Of a stretch of DNA of 32,000 nt, positions 1 to 7,723 are shown one piece after another. Below the pieces are notes generated by a model. That model searched no databases, was not told the DNA's origin, and was given only the letters and a program-made list of their open reading frames with translations. Each line of letters opens with the position of its first letter. The stretch's first letter is position 1. Source of the DNA: Longivirga aurantiaca (GTDB taxonomy: Bacteria; Actinomycetota; Actinomycetes; S36-B12; CAIYMF01); assembly GCF_042660085.1 (NCBI RefSeq), contig NZ_JBHSTI010000008.1, forward strand, positions 1,899,876 through 1,931,875, written 5' to 3'. A program made the position numbers and the translations under genes.

Positions 1-2
1 CG

Positions 3-734
3 GGCGGCCCGTGGGGCCGGCGCGAGATCGCCCGCGCCCAGCAGCTCGTGGACGAGGCCGCGCTCCGGATCGACACGGGCCAGCTGTTCAGCGAGGTCCG
101 CGCGCTGGCAACGGTCGAGGAACGGCGACGGCTCGCTCGCGAGATCCACGACGGCGTGGCCCAGGAGGTCGCCGCCCTGGGGTTCGTCGTGGACGACCTG
201 ACGGCCCGCACGACCGATGTCGAGATCCGCGAGGACCTCCGTGGACTGCGCGACGAGCTGACCCGGATCGTGAGCGAGCTGCGCCTGTCGATCTTCGACC
301 TGCGCAGCGACGTCCAGCCCTCCGCCGGCCTTGGCGCCGCCCTCACGGGCTACGTCCGGAGCGTCGGCGCCGGCTCCGGCCTCACGGTGCACCTGGTGCT
401 CGACGAGTCCCCGTACCGCCTGCCGATCGAGGCGGAGACCGAGATCCTGCGCGTCGCGCAGGAGGCGATCACCAACGCGCGCAAGCACGCGCGGGCGCGC
501 AACCTGTGGGTCACCTGCCGGGTCGATCCGCCCCGTGCGTTCCTGCGGGTGGCCGACGACGGCCGCGGCATGGGGACCGCGCGCACGGACTCGTTCGGCC
601 TCGACGTCATGCGCGAACGGACCGCGCGCCTCGGCGCGAGCCTGACCATCCGGCAGCGGGTGGGCGGTGGGACGGTCGTCGAGGTCACGCTCGGGGGCAG
701 TGCCGACACCCGTCGCACGAGGTCCACCGCCTGA
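3..734 (+). CDS. Two-component sensor histidine kinase, C-terminal part (5' end outside the window)
   Basis: The frame is open from base 3 with no upstream stop. A HisKA_3-type H-box (REIHDGVAQEV) is followed by HATPase_c motifs: ITNARKHA (N box), DDGRGMG (G1), GLDVMRERT and GGTVVEV. Confidence 0.85.
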   Translation, partial: GGPWGRREIARAQQLVDEAALRIDTGQLFSEVRALATVEERRRLAREIHDGVAQEVAALGFVVDDLTARTTDVEIREDLRGLRDELTRIVSELRLSIFDLRSDVQPSAGLGAALTGYVRSVGAGSGLTVHLVLDESPYRLPIEAETEILRVAQEAITNARKHARARNLWVTCRVDPPRAFLRVADDGRGMGTARTDSFGLDVMRERTARLGASLTIRQRVGGGTVVEVTLGGSADTRRTRSTA

Positions 735-807
735 CACGGGTGCGTCCCCGTCCCACCCGCAATGGCCGCATGACATGATCGGCGGGACACCGAGGGGGCC
801 GGCTCCG

Positions 808-1449
808 ATGACGATCAGCGTGCTGCTCGTGGACGACCACGAGCTCATCCGCCAGGGCCTGCGTCGCGCGTTCGAGCGCGACGGTGACTTCACCGTCGCA
901 GGCGAGGCGGGCTCGCTCGCGGACGCCCGCCGCCTCATCGCGCTCATGCACCCGGACGTCGTGATCCTCGACGTACGGCTCCCCGACGGCAACGGGATCG
1001 AGGCCTGCCGGACGCTGCGCAACGACGACCCCGAGCTCGGCATCGTCATCCTCACGATGTACGCCGGCGACGACACCCTCTTCGACGCCCTCGAGGCCGG
1101 CGCCTCGGCCTTCGTGCCGAAGAACGCGCCGTCCGAGGACGTCGTTGCTGCAGCGCGGCACGCGTCCAGCGCACCGCGCTCGTTCACCTCGGCCGACCTC
1201 AACGAGGCCATGCGCCGCAAGATGTCGCCGACCGGGCCGCAACTGAGCCCGCGTGAGAAGGAGGTCCTGGGCCTGCTCGCCGACGGCCTCGGCGTCGCCC
1301 AGATCAGCCGCCAGCTGTTCATCAGCGAGTCCACGACCAAGACGCACATCAGCAAGCTCTACGACAAGCTCGGAGCGGGCAACAGGGCTCAGGCGCTCAT
1401 GACGGCCCTGCGCCTCGGGCTCCTCAAGCGCGACGAGCCCGGCCTCTGA
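808..1449 (+). CDS. NarL/LuxR-family DNA-binding response regulator
   Basis: Receiver domain: VLLVDDHELIRQGL, VVILDVRLPDGNG acceptor Asp, FVPKNAP Lys. It is followed by a GerE/LuxR HTH (LSPREKEVLGLLADGLGVAQISRQLFISESTTKTHISKLYDKLG). ATG 808 is preceded by GAGGGGG at 792-798. The longer track ORF from 667 is an unsupported N-terminal extension. Confidence 0.9.
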   Translation: MTISVLLVDDHELIRQGLRRAFERDGDFTVAGEAGSLADARRLIALMHPDVVILDVRLPDGNGIEACRTLRNDDPELGIVILTMYAGDDTLFDALEAGASAFVPKNAPSEDVVAAARHASSAPRSFTSADLNEAMRRKMSPTGPQLSPREKEVLGLLADGLGVAQISRQLFISESTTKTHISKLYDKLGAGNRAQALMTALRLGLLKRDEPGL

Positions 1450-1651
1450 GCCTCGGGCGGCTCCAGCCCGTCGTCACAGCGTGACGCGGCGACCGGTCAC
1501 TAGTTCCAATGGGTGACCAGATGATCACGAATCGTCCGAACGACCGACCCCCATCCGGCTTGACGAGGGAGTCCGCGGTCACGCTCCGCTGCGATAGTGA
1601 ACTCAGCGCCCCGGGCATCGGGGGGAACCACGCAACTGGAGGGGCACTCCC

Positions 1652-1834
1652 ATGATCACTCGAATCCGCACCACGCTTCGTCGCGACGAGGGCGCCTCGG
1701 CAGTGGAGTACGGCCTGCTCGTGGCCGCCATCGCCGCGATCATCGTCGCCGTCGTCTTCCTGCTCGGCAACCGCGTGAACTCGGCCTTCAGCAAGACCAA
1801 CTCCTGCATCTCGACCACGGGCGTTGGCTGCTGA
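1652..1834 (+). CDS. Flp/Fap-family type IVb (Tad) prepilin
   Basis: 60 aa with a basic leader, then the G/XXXXEY processing motif (RRDEG|ASAVEYGLLVAAIAAIIVAVVF) and a hydrophobic helix. A GGAGGGG Shine-Dalgarno lies about 8 nt upstream of the ATG. No tad genes are in the window. Confidence 0.75.
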   Translation: MITRIRTTLRRDEGASAVEYGLLVAAIAAIIVAVVFLLGNRVNSAFSKTNSCISTTGVGC

Positions 1835-1850
1835 CGCAGCACTGACCACC

Positions 1851-1886
1851 GAGGGGGTCGTCGGGCAGCCGCCCGGCGGCCCCCTC
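1851..1886 (+). terminator. GC-rich hairpin 16 nt after the flp stop (putative intrinsic terminator, no U tract)
   Basis: GAGGGGGTCGTCGGGC-agcc-GCCCGGCGGCCCCCTC forms a 16-bp stem (14 Watson-Crick pairs plus 2 G:U) with a 4-nt loop, checked base by base. Confidence 0.5.
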
Positions 1887-1949
1887 GATCATGTCCGTGA
1901 CCGCGAGGCCGCGGGCGCACAGGCACCGGACGAGGAGACAGGGACGACG

Positions 1950-3431
1950 ATGAGCGAGACCGCTCCGGAGCAGACCCTCGAGCGCGCCGCCGCCAGCCGG
2001 CCCGCACCGTTCCTCCTGCTCGCCGCGGTCGTCGCCGTGCTCGTCCCCGCCCGCGCCGCGGCGCGGCCCCTCGAGGACATCGACCTCTACTGGCACATCC
2101 TCATCGGCCGCGAGATCCTCGACGGCACCCCGGTGGCCGAGGCCGGCCGCGGCTGGTCGTTCGCGCCCGTGCCGGACACCTGGATCAGCACCCAGTGGCT
2201 CGCGGAGATCCTGTTCGCCTGGCTCCACGACACGTTCGGGTTCCAGTCGATCGTGGTCTACCGCACGGTCACCGTGATCCTCGCGCTCGTCACGCTCGCC
2301 CTCGTCACCCTCTACCGTCGCCCCGCCCGCGCGGGCGCGTGGCCCTTCGCCGTCGCCGGCCTCGCACTGGCGATCACGAGCCAGGACCGCAGCCAGCAGC
2401 TGACCTACATCCTCGCCCCCCTCGTCGGCTGGTGGGCGCTGCGGCTCCTCAGGGAGGGGCGCCTCCCCCGCTGGTGGGTGGTGCTCCCGCTCGTCGTGGT
2501 GTGGGCCAATTTCCACGGCGGCTGGCTGATCCTCCCGATGGCGCTCGGCTTCGCCGTGGTCGCACGCGTGCTCGAGGTCGGCATCCGCGACCGCGCCGTG
2601 ATCGGGGGCGTCCTGCTCGCCGCCGGGTGCGGCCTCGCCGCCGCCGTATCGCCGTCTGGTCTCGACAACGCCCTCTCGCTGCTGCGCTTCTCCTCGAGCA
2701 CCGGGCAGATCGGCGAGTGGGGCACCGTCCGGCTCATCGACTGGCAGTCGATGGCCATCGGGCTGATGCTCGTCACGGTCGTGGTGGCCTGGGCTCTCGG
2801 GCGTCATCGCCCCTCCCGCGGCGAGGTGGTGTACGTCGTGCTGCTCTTCGCCTTCGGCTACTCGGCGTGGCGGTCCTCGACACCTGCCTGCCTCATGCTG
2901 GCCCCCGCCGTCACCGGCATCCTGGCGAGAGCACTCGGCGACCCCGATCCGCTGCCGGAGGGCACCGAGCAGCCGCTGGCCCGCGTGGCAGCGGGCATCG
3001 CCGTGGTCGGCGTCCTGCTCAGCGGCGTCCTCGCCGTGACCCAGACCCCGGTCCTGGACCCCGACATCCCCCAGGACCTGCTCGGCCAGGTGCGCGAGCA
3101 CCCCGAGCCGCAGCGGGTGCTGAACACCTACAACGTCGCGGGGCCGCTGCTGTTCTTCGGCGGGCCGCCGCCGCAGGTCCTCGTGGCCGTCGACGGCAGG
3201 GCCGACCGGTACGGCGGCGAGTACATCGACGAGTACGTCGACACCCTCCTGCTCGCCCGCCCGGGCTGGGAGGAGATGGTGGCCGACCTCGACCCCACCT
3301 CCGCCGTCCTGCGCGACGACGAGCCGTTGGCGGGCGCCCTGGTGGCCCAGCTCGGATGGGTCGAGGTCGCCCGCGAGGGTCGCACGGTGCTGCTGCGCCC
3401 GGCCGACGCGACCGGCTGGCCGGCGGGCTGA
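1950..3431 (+). CDS. Polytopic integral membrane protein, possibly a GT-C-like glycosyltransferase (function uncertain)
   Basis: Many hydrophobic helices. An acidic DIDLYWHILIGREILDG motif follows the first helix, reminiscent of GT-C first-loop motifs. The C-terminal region is soluble. ATG 1950 lies downstream of GAGGAG/CAGGGA, and codons are G/C-ending throughout. Confidence 0.55.
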   Translation: MSETAPEQTLERAAASRPAPFLLLAAVVAVLVPARAAARPLEDIDLYWHILIGREILDGTPVAEAGRGWSFAPVPDTWISTQWLAEILFAWLHDTFGFQSIVVYRTVTVILALVTLALVTLYRRPARAGAWPFAVAGLALAITSQDRSQQLTYILAPLVGWWALRLLREGRLPRWWVVLPLVVVWANFHGGWLILPMALGFAVVARVLEVGIRDRAVIGGVLLAAGCGLAAAVSPSGLDNALSLLRFSSSTGQIGEWGTVRLIDWQSMAIGLMLVTVVVAWALGRHRPSRGEVVYVVLLFAFGYSAWRSSTPACLMLAPAVTGILARALGDPDPLPEGTEQPLARVAAGIAVVGVLLSGVLAVTQTPVLDPDIPQDLLGQVREHPEPQRVLNTYNVAGPLLFFGGPPPQVLVAVDGRADRYGGEYIDEYVDTLLLARPGWEEMVADLDPTSAVLRDDEPLAGALVAQLGWVEVAREGRTVLLRPADATGWPAG

Positions 3432-4613
3432 TCAGGCCGTCGGACGCAGGTCCGGCACCGACGGCGCTCCGTGGCGGGCAGCCCACGACCGAGCCGCCTC
3501 GATCCGCTCCGGGGACGTCGGGTGGGTGCCGAACCACAGGTGCAGGACGCGCACGGGCCGCAGCGGCGCCAGGTTGGTGACCGCGAGCGCACGGTGCATC
3601 GACGCGACGGCGGCCGGGTCGCGTGCGAGGTCGAGGCAGAAGCCGTCCGCGCGCCGTTCGACCCGCCGCGACAGCGCGCTGGCGGCGGGTGAGCCGAGGA
3701 ACCCCGCCCACGCCCCGAGCGCGAGGAGCAGCCCGGACACCGCCGGATCGGCCGCCCCCGTGCTGCCCGACGCCGACAGGAGCGGCGGCCACGCGACAAG
3801 CGCAGCTGCGACGAGCACGCCGACAGAGGCACCCGCCGCGCCGAGCAGCGTGCCGGTGCGGACGTCGTGCGCCACCACGTGGCCGAGCTCGTGCGCCACC
3901 ACCGTCGCCGCCTCGTCGTCCCGGCCTCGGGTGAGCAGCGTGTCGTGCACGACGATGCGCCGTGTGGGGCCGAGGCCCGAGACGTAGGCGTTCAGCGCCG
4001 TCGTACGACGCGACGCGTCGGCCACGAGCACGTCCCGCACCGGCACCCCCGCCTCGGCTGCGAGGGCCAGCAGCCGCTCCCGCAGCGCGCCGTCCGGCAT
4101 AGGCTCGAACCGGGCGAACAGCGGTTCGACGAGCACGGGCACCGCGAACGACATCAGGACGACCAGCAGCGCTGCCGCGGCCGCCACCACCCACCACCAC
4201 GACCCGGGCAGCAGCCGGGCGGCCAGCACCCAGCCGATGACGGCCGGCGCCGTGAGCGCCAGGCCCAGCAGCCACGCCACCGCGAGGTCGCGCCACCAGC
4301 GGCCCCAACCTCCCGTCGCGAGCCCCACCCGCAGGGACTCCCGGCGCACGGCCACCGCACCCGGGAGCGTCGCCATGCGCGTCACCGCCTGCACCACGAC
4401 GACCACGGCGACGATGCCCAGCCACCAGGTCTCTCCCGCGGCGCGGGCGACCGCGGCCGTCGCGCCGGTCAGCACCAGGACGGTGGGGACGAGGAGGCCG
4501 AGTGCGACGCCTGCCAGGCCCCAGGGGCGGACACGGCTGCGGAACGCGCGCTCGCGCCGTTGCTCGTCCGCCGTGAAGTCGCGGTCGAGGTCCAGGTCCG
4601 GCGGCACGGGCAC
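3432..4613 (-). CDS. M48-family (Ste24/HtpX-like) membrane zinc metallopeptidase
   Basis: HELGHVVAHD (HExxH) follows several N-terminal TM helices. The GTG start at 4613 lies 12 nt after the upstream gene's stop. Confidence 0.85.
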   Translation of the reverse strand: MPVPPDLDLDRDFTADEQRRERAFRSRVRPWGLAGVALGLLVPTVLVLTGATAAVARAAGETWWLGIVAVVVVVQAVTRMATLPGAVAVRRESLRVGLATGGWGRWWRDLAVAWLLGLALTAPAVIGWVLAARLLPGSWWWVVAAAAALLVVLMSFAVPVLVEPLFARFEPMPDGALRERLLALAAEAGVPVRDVLVADASRRTTALNAYVSGLGPTRRIVVHDTLLTRGRDDEAATVVAHELGHVVAHDVRTGTLLGAAGASVGVLVAAALVAWPPLLSASGSTGAADPAVSGLLLALGAWAGFLGSPAASALSRRVERRADGFCLDLARDPAAVASMHRALAVTNLAPLRPVRVLHLWFGTHPTSPERIEAARSWAARHGAPSVPDLRPTA

Positions 4614-4625
4614 GATCGTGCCCGA

Positions 4626-5963
4626 TCAGCGGGCCAGAGCGGTGGCCCGGGCCCGCCAGTCGGCGGTGAGGCCGGCGAGGCCGCGCCCGGTGACCTCGCG
4701 CAGGGCCCGCTCGAGGTTGCGCGCAGGCGTGTCGTCACCCGTGGCCGTCAGCCGGTAGACCCGACGCAGCCCGGCCTCCCCCCACCCCTCGGCGATCAGG
4801 TCGCAGGCGAGCTGCCCGCCGGCGTACGCCATCCCGGCCCGCTCGTCGGCGAAGGCCGCGTTGGACGGGAGCGCCGCCGGAGCTCCGCTGCGCCGGACGA
4901 CGTCGAGCAGCTCGACGAGCGCCTGCCGGTCGGGCACGTCCGAGCCCGTATAGCCCACGTGGTTGGCGTAGCCCTCCTCGAGCCACAGCGGCACCGACGC
5001 GCTGAACGTCGCCCGGGTGGCCACGTGGGTGATCTCGTGGCGGAGAAGGACGAGCAGGAACCGGTCCGGCAGCCGGTCCCACACCGCTGCGCGGGTCCAG
5101 ACCCGGTCGGCCGGCGCCGTGGCCGACGGGACCGACCCCACCGAGGTCGTGACCGCGCCGAACCGGCGGACGTGCGCGACCGACCAGTCGAGCCCCTCGG
5201 CCATCTGCTCGTCGGTGCCGGTGAGCACCAGCACGGCCCGCTTCTGCCAGTCCTTGCCGTAGACCTTGCTGACTCCGAGCACCGCGGAGTCGACGAGGCG
5301 CGCAGCCGCCCGCGCCCTGCTCGACGCCTCGCCCACGGCGATCACGATGCTGCGCTTGCCGCGCACGACGGTCAGCGGGCCGAGCTCCCACGGCGGCGCG
5401 GAGTCCGACACCGAGCGCTCGGACGCCACGAGCCACCGGCCGCCTGACCAGCGCAGCGCGAGCCGCTGGTCGACCTCGCTGCCGGACGACTCGCCCTCGA
5501 CCCGCCAGGTGAGCCGCGCGCGGACGTCGAGCAGGCCCGACCTCTCGCTGGATGCCGTGACCTCGTACGCCCAGCTCGCCAGCGGCAGGCGCACGATCCG
5601 CACGGTCGTGGGGATCGCCGCGCCGGAAACCTGGGTGGCGCGGGCGGCCGCGAGGTCGGCGGTGACGAACGCCGTCGCGCGCGCCTCCAGCACCGCACGG
5701 ACGGCGGCGGCGCGCGCCTTGGGATCGGTGCGCGCATCGGCCGTGGGGCTGGCCGTGGGCGAGGGCGCCACGACCGACGCGGAGAGCCCGCCACCCGGCT
5801 CGACGGTCGAGCAGGCGGCGAGCAGGAGCCCCGCGGCCACTGCGCAGACGACGACGCCGCGCCCTCGACGGAGGGCGCGGCGGTCGGGTGCTGCGGTGGG
5901 GCGGAGCGAGGCGGATCCGGTCAGACGACGCGGCCGGCGCCGCTGTAGCGCTCGCCGTACCAC
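4626..5963 (-). CDS. Secreted lipoprotein with a peptidase MA (gluzincin, Peptidase_MA_2-like) domain
   Basis: Arg-rich n-region plus lipobox LLLAAC|S. LLRHEITHV (HExxH) is followed about 20 aa later by WLEEGYANH, the third-ligand Glu motif of MA-clan peptidases. The only in-frame start before the signal peptide is GTG 5963, which overlaps the upstream gene by 43 nt. Confidence 0.7.
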   Translation of the reverse strand: MVRRALQRRRPRRLTGSASLRPTAAPDRRALRRGRGVVVCAVAAGLLLAACSTVEPGGGLSASVVAPSPTASPTADARTDPKARAAAVRAVLEARATAFVTADLAAARATQVSGAAIPTTVRIVRLPLASWAYEVTASSERSGLLDVRARLTWRVEGESSGSEVDQRLALRWSGGRWLVASERSVSDSAPPWELGPLTVVRGKRSIVIAVGEASSRARAAARLVDSAVLGVSKVYGKDWQKRAVLVLTGTDEQMAEGLDWSVAHVRRFGAVTTSVGSVPSATAPADRVWTRAAVWDRLPDRFLLVLLRHEITHVATRATFSASVPLWLEEGYANHVGYTGSDVPDRQALVELLDVVRRSGAPAALPSNAAFADERAGMAYAGGQLACDLIAEGWGEAGLRRVYRLTATGDDTPARNLERALREVTGRGLAGLTADWRARATALAR

Positions 5964-7078
5964 GGGCTCCAGACGCCGATGAGCTCGACGCCGTCACGCG
6001 GGTTGGAGGCGCTGACCATCATGCCGCCGCCGACATACATGCCGACGTGGTGGGCGCCGCCGCCGAAGTAGAAGACGAGGTCGCCGGGACGCAGCTCGCC
6101 GCGGCTGACGCGGGCGGTCGCGCTCCACTGCGCCTTGGAGTAGTGCGGCAGGTAGGCACCGGCCTGGGCCCAGGCGGCCAGGGTCAGGCCCGAGCAGTCG
6201 AACGCGTTGGGCCCGGACGCCGCCGCGACGTAGCGCTTGCCGACCTGCGCGAGGGCGTAGGCCACGGCGATGCGCGCACGGCCCGAGGCGTAGTTGGGGG
6301 CGTCGCTGCCGCCGTCGTTGCTGCTGCTCGACGTGCCGCTGGTGGACGTCGACTCCTGGCGGGGGGTGTCGCGGCTGGCGCGGATCTGGGCGGTCGCCCG
6401 GGCCGCGGCGCGGGCGGACGCCTGACGGCGGGCCTCCTGCAGGCGGGCGAGGCGGGCGCGCTCCTCGGCCTTGAGCCCGGCGAGGATGCGCTGGGCCTTG
6501 TCGAGGCGCTCGGTGACCGTGGCCTTGGCGGCCTTGGCCTCGGCGGCCGCGGCGTCGGCCTTCTCCTGCTTCTGGACCAGCTGGGCCTCGAGCTGGGCGA
6601 GGGCGAGCCGGGCGGCCTGGGTGCGGCGCAGCGAGGTGCCCTGCGAGCGGGCGACCTGGTCGAGCGCGGCGCTCTGCTCGAGGAACTGCTCGGGGTCGTC
6701 GGCGAGGAGGGCCTGCAGGCTCGGCTCCATGCCGCCGGACGCGTAGGCGGCGCGCGCGATCGCGTCGACGCCGGCGGCGGTCTTCTCGTAGGTCTTCTTC
6801 GCCACCGCGATGCGGGTCGTCAGTTTCGCGATCTGGGCGTCGATCTGGTTCTGGCGGGTGCGGGCCTCGTTCCAGGCCTCGGCGGCGTTGGCGGCGTCGG
6901 CCTCGAGGGCGTCGATCTCGGCCTGGACCTGCTCGATGGTCTTGGTCGGCTGGGCGGACGCCGGGGCCGACGCCAGGGCGACACCGCTCACGAGGAGCGC
7001 GAAGGCCGCCACGGGGGCGGCGATGCGGGCGGCACGGGTGCCGCGCACGCGTACGAGCGCAGTGGTGCTGGTCGCCAC
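5921..7078 (-). CDS. RipC/RipA-like peptidoglycan endopeptidase (N-terminal coiled coil plus C-terminal NlpC/P60)
   Basis: Signal peptide (AAFALLVSGVALASAPASAQ), a long Ala/Gln/Glu coiled coil and a Ser-rich linker. The NlpC/P60 domain carries the catalytic Cys in AFDCSGL and His in AHHVGMYVG. GTG 7078 is preceded by GGGAGAGGGAGG (7087-7098). The track ORF extension to 7300 runs through the riboswitch and is rejected. Confidence 0.88.
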   Translation of the reverse strand: MATSTTALVRVRGTRAARIAAPVAAFALLVSGVALASAPASAQPTKTIEQVQAEIDALEADAANAAEAWNEARTRQNQIDAQIAKLTTRIAVAKKTYEKTAAGVDAIARAAYASGGMEPSLQALLADDPEQFLEQSAALDQVARSQGTSLRRTQAARLALAQLEAQLVQKQEKADAAAAEAKAAKATVTERLDKAQRILAGLKAEERARLARLQEARRQASARAAARATAQIRASRDTPRQESTSTSGTSSSSNDGGSDAPNYASGRARIAVAYALAQVGKRYVAAASGPNAFDCSGLTLAAWAQAGAYLPHYSKAQWSATARVSRGELRPGDLVFYFGGGAHHVGMYVGGGMMVSASNPRDGVELIGVWSPWYGERYSGAGRVV

Positions 7079-7097
7079 GAAGGCGGCCTCCCTCTCC

Positions 7098-7240
7098 CAC
7101 GACCGTCTACCGGGTGAGCTGACGGGCTCGGGCTGGAAGATCGCCCTACGACGGCTCGCGCCCGGTCGCTGCCGGTCGTCTGCCGCCGATTCGCCCCGGG
7201 GGAAGTGGGTCCCCGGCTCCGATCCACGGACCCTGGTGGG
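7098..7240 (-). promoter_or_regulatory. ydaO/yuaA-class cyclic-di-AMP riboswitch aptamer in the 5' leader of the NlpC/P60 gene
   Basis: Four conserved blocks occur in canonical order on the minus strand. They are GGAGCCGGGGACCCA (7220-7206), CCCGGGGCGAAUCGG (7200-7186), GUAGGGCGAUC (7149-7139) and CCCGAGCCCGUCAGCUCACCCGGUAGAC (7132-7105). These match the remembered ydaO consensus blocks GAGCGGGGGACCCA, GGGGUGAAUC, GUAGGGCGAAU and CCCGAAnCCGUCAGCUAACCUCGUAAGCG. Boundaries are approximate. Confidence 0.8.
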
Positions 7241-7392
7241 GCCGCTTCTCGAACTCGACGGGGTGCTCGCTGCCGTCGGATGACGGCGGCTCACGAACAC
7301 CTGCGGGCGACACTAACACCCCGGGACGCCACCTCCCAGTCGCCCGGCCGACACCCGGACGTGACCCGACCGAGATCGATCCGTGATCGGCT

Positions 7393-7635
7393 TCACACCG
7401 CGCGGTGCACCCCCCGGTCGTCGGCCTCCGGCGCCGGGTCGGGACCCCGCGGAACCAGCCGGAGCGGGGGCACCAGGCCGGAGTCGGCGAGCACGGCGAG
7501 GGCGGCCATCTCCTCCCCCGGCAGGCCGTCGCCCGCGAGCCAGTCGGGCGGGCCGAGCAGGAACGTGACGACGCAGTCGCCGCACGCGGGGCCGCGCACA
7601 GCACAGGAGTCGCAGTCGACGATCACGGTCTTCAC
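7393..7635 (-). CDS. Small Cys4 protein of unknown function (N-terminal CxxC-x6-CxxC knuckle)
   Basis: 80 aa, (V)KTVIVDCDSCAVRGPACGDCVVTFLLG... Codons are G/C-ending. The start is GTG 7635, or GTG 7626 which has GAGGTGAAG immediately upstream. I recognise no family. Confidence 0.55.
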   Translation of the reverse strand: MKTVIVDCDSCAVRGPACGDCVVTFLLGPPDWLAGDGLPGEEMAALAVLADSGLVPPLRLVPRGPDPAPEADDRGVHRAV

Positions 7636-7723
7636 CTCAGGACGGGTACGGGCCGGAGAGGGGAACTCCGACCACCTGCGGACGACGGTAGGAACCAGGT
7701 CCGACAGTCGCCCTCGGCCACCG

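Noticed and set aside
1560-1565. TTGACG as a -35 box for flp
   Set aside because: No TANNNT-type -10 hexamer lies at 16-19 nt spacing. GATAGT at 1593 is 27 nt away, so no promoter call is made.
1788-3101. 437-aa minus-strand ORF antisense to the membrane protein gene
   Set aside because: It is a low-complexity Gly/Arg/Asp/His-rich translation typical of an alternate frame in high-GC DNA. The plus-strand frame encodes coherent TM helices.
3019-5447. Long ORFs 3019..4425 (-) and 3867..5447 (+) overlapping the M48 and MA-peptidase genes
   Set aside because: Both are Arg/Gly/Pro-rich with no motifs. The frames carrying HELGH and HEITH explain the region.
7079-7300. N-terminal 74-codon extension of the NlpC/P60 ORF (track ORF 5921..7300)
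   Set aside because: The extension is Arg/Pro/Ser-rich and overlaps the riboswitch aptamer. GTG 7078, with a strong SD and an immediately following signal peptide, is the credible start.
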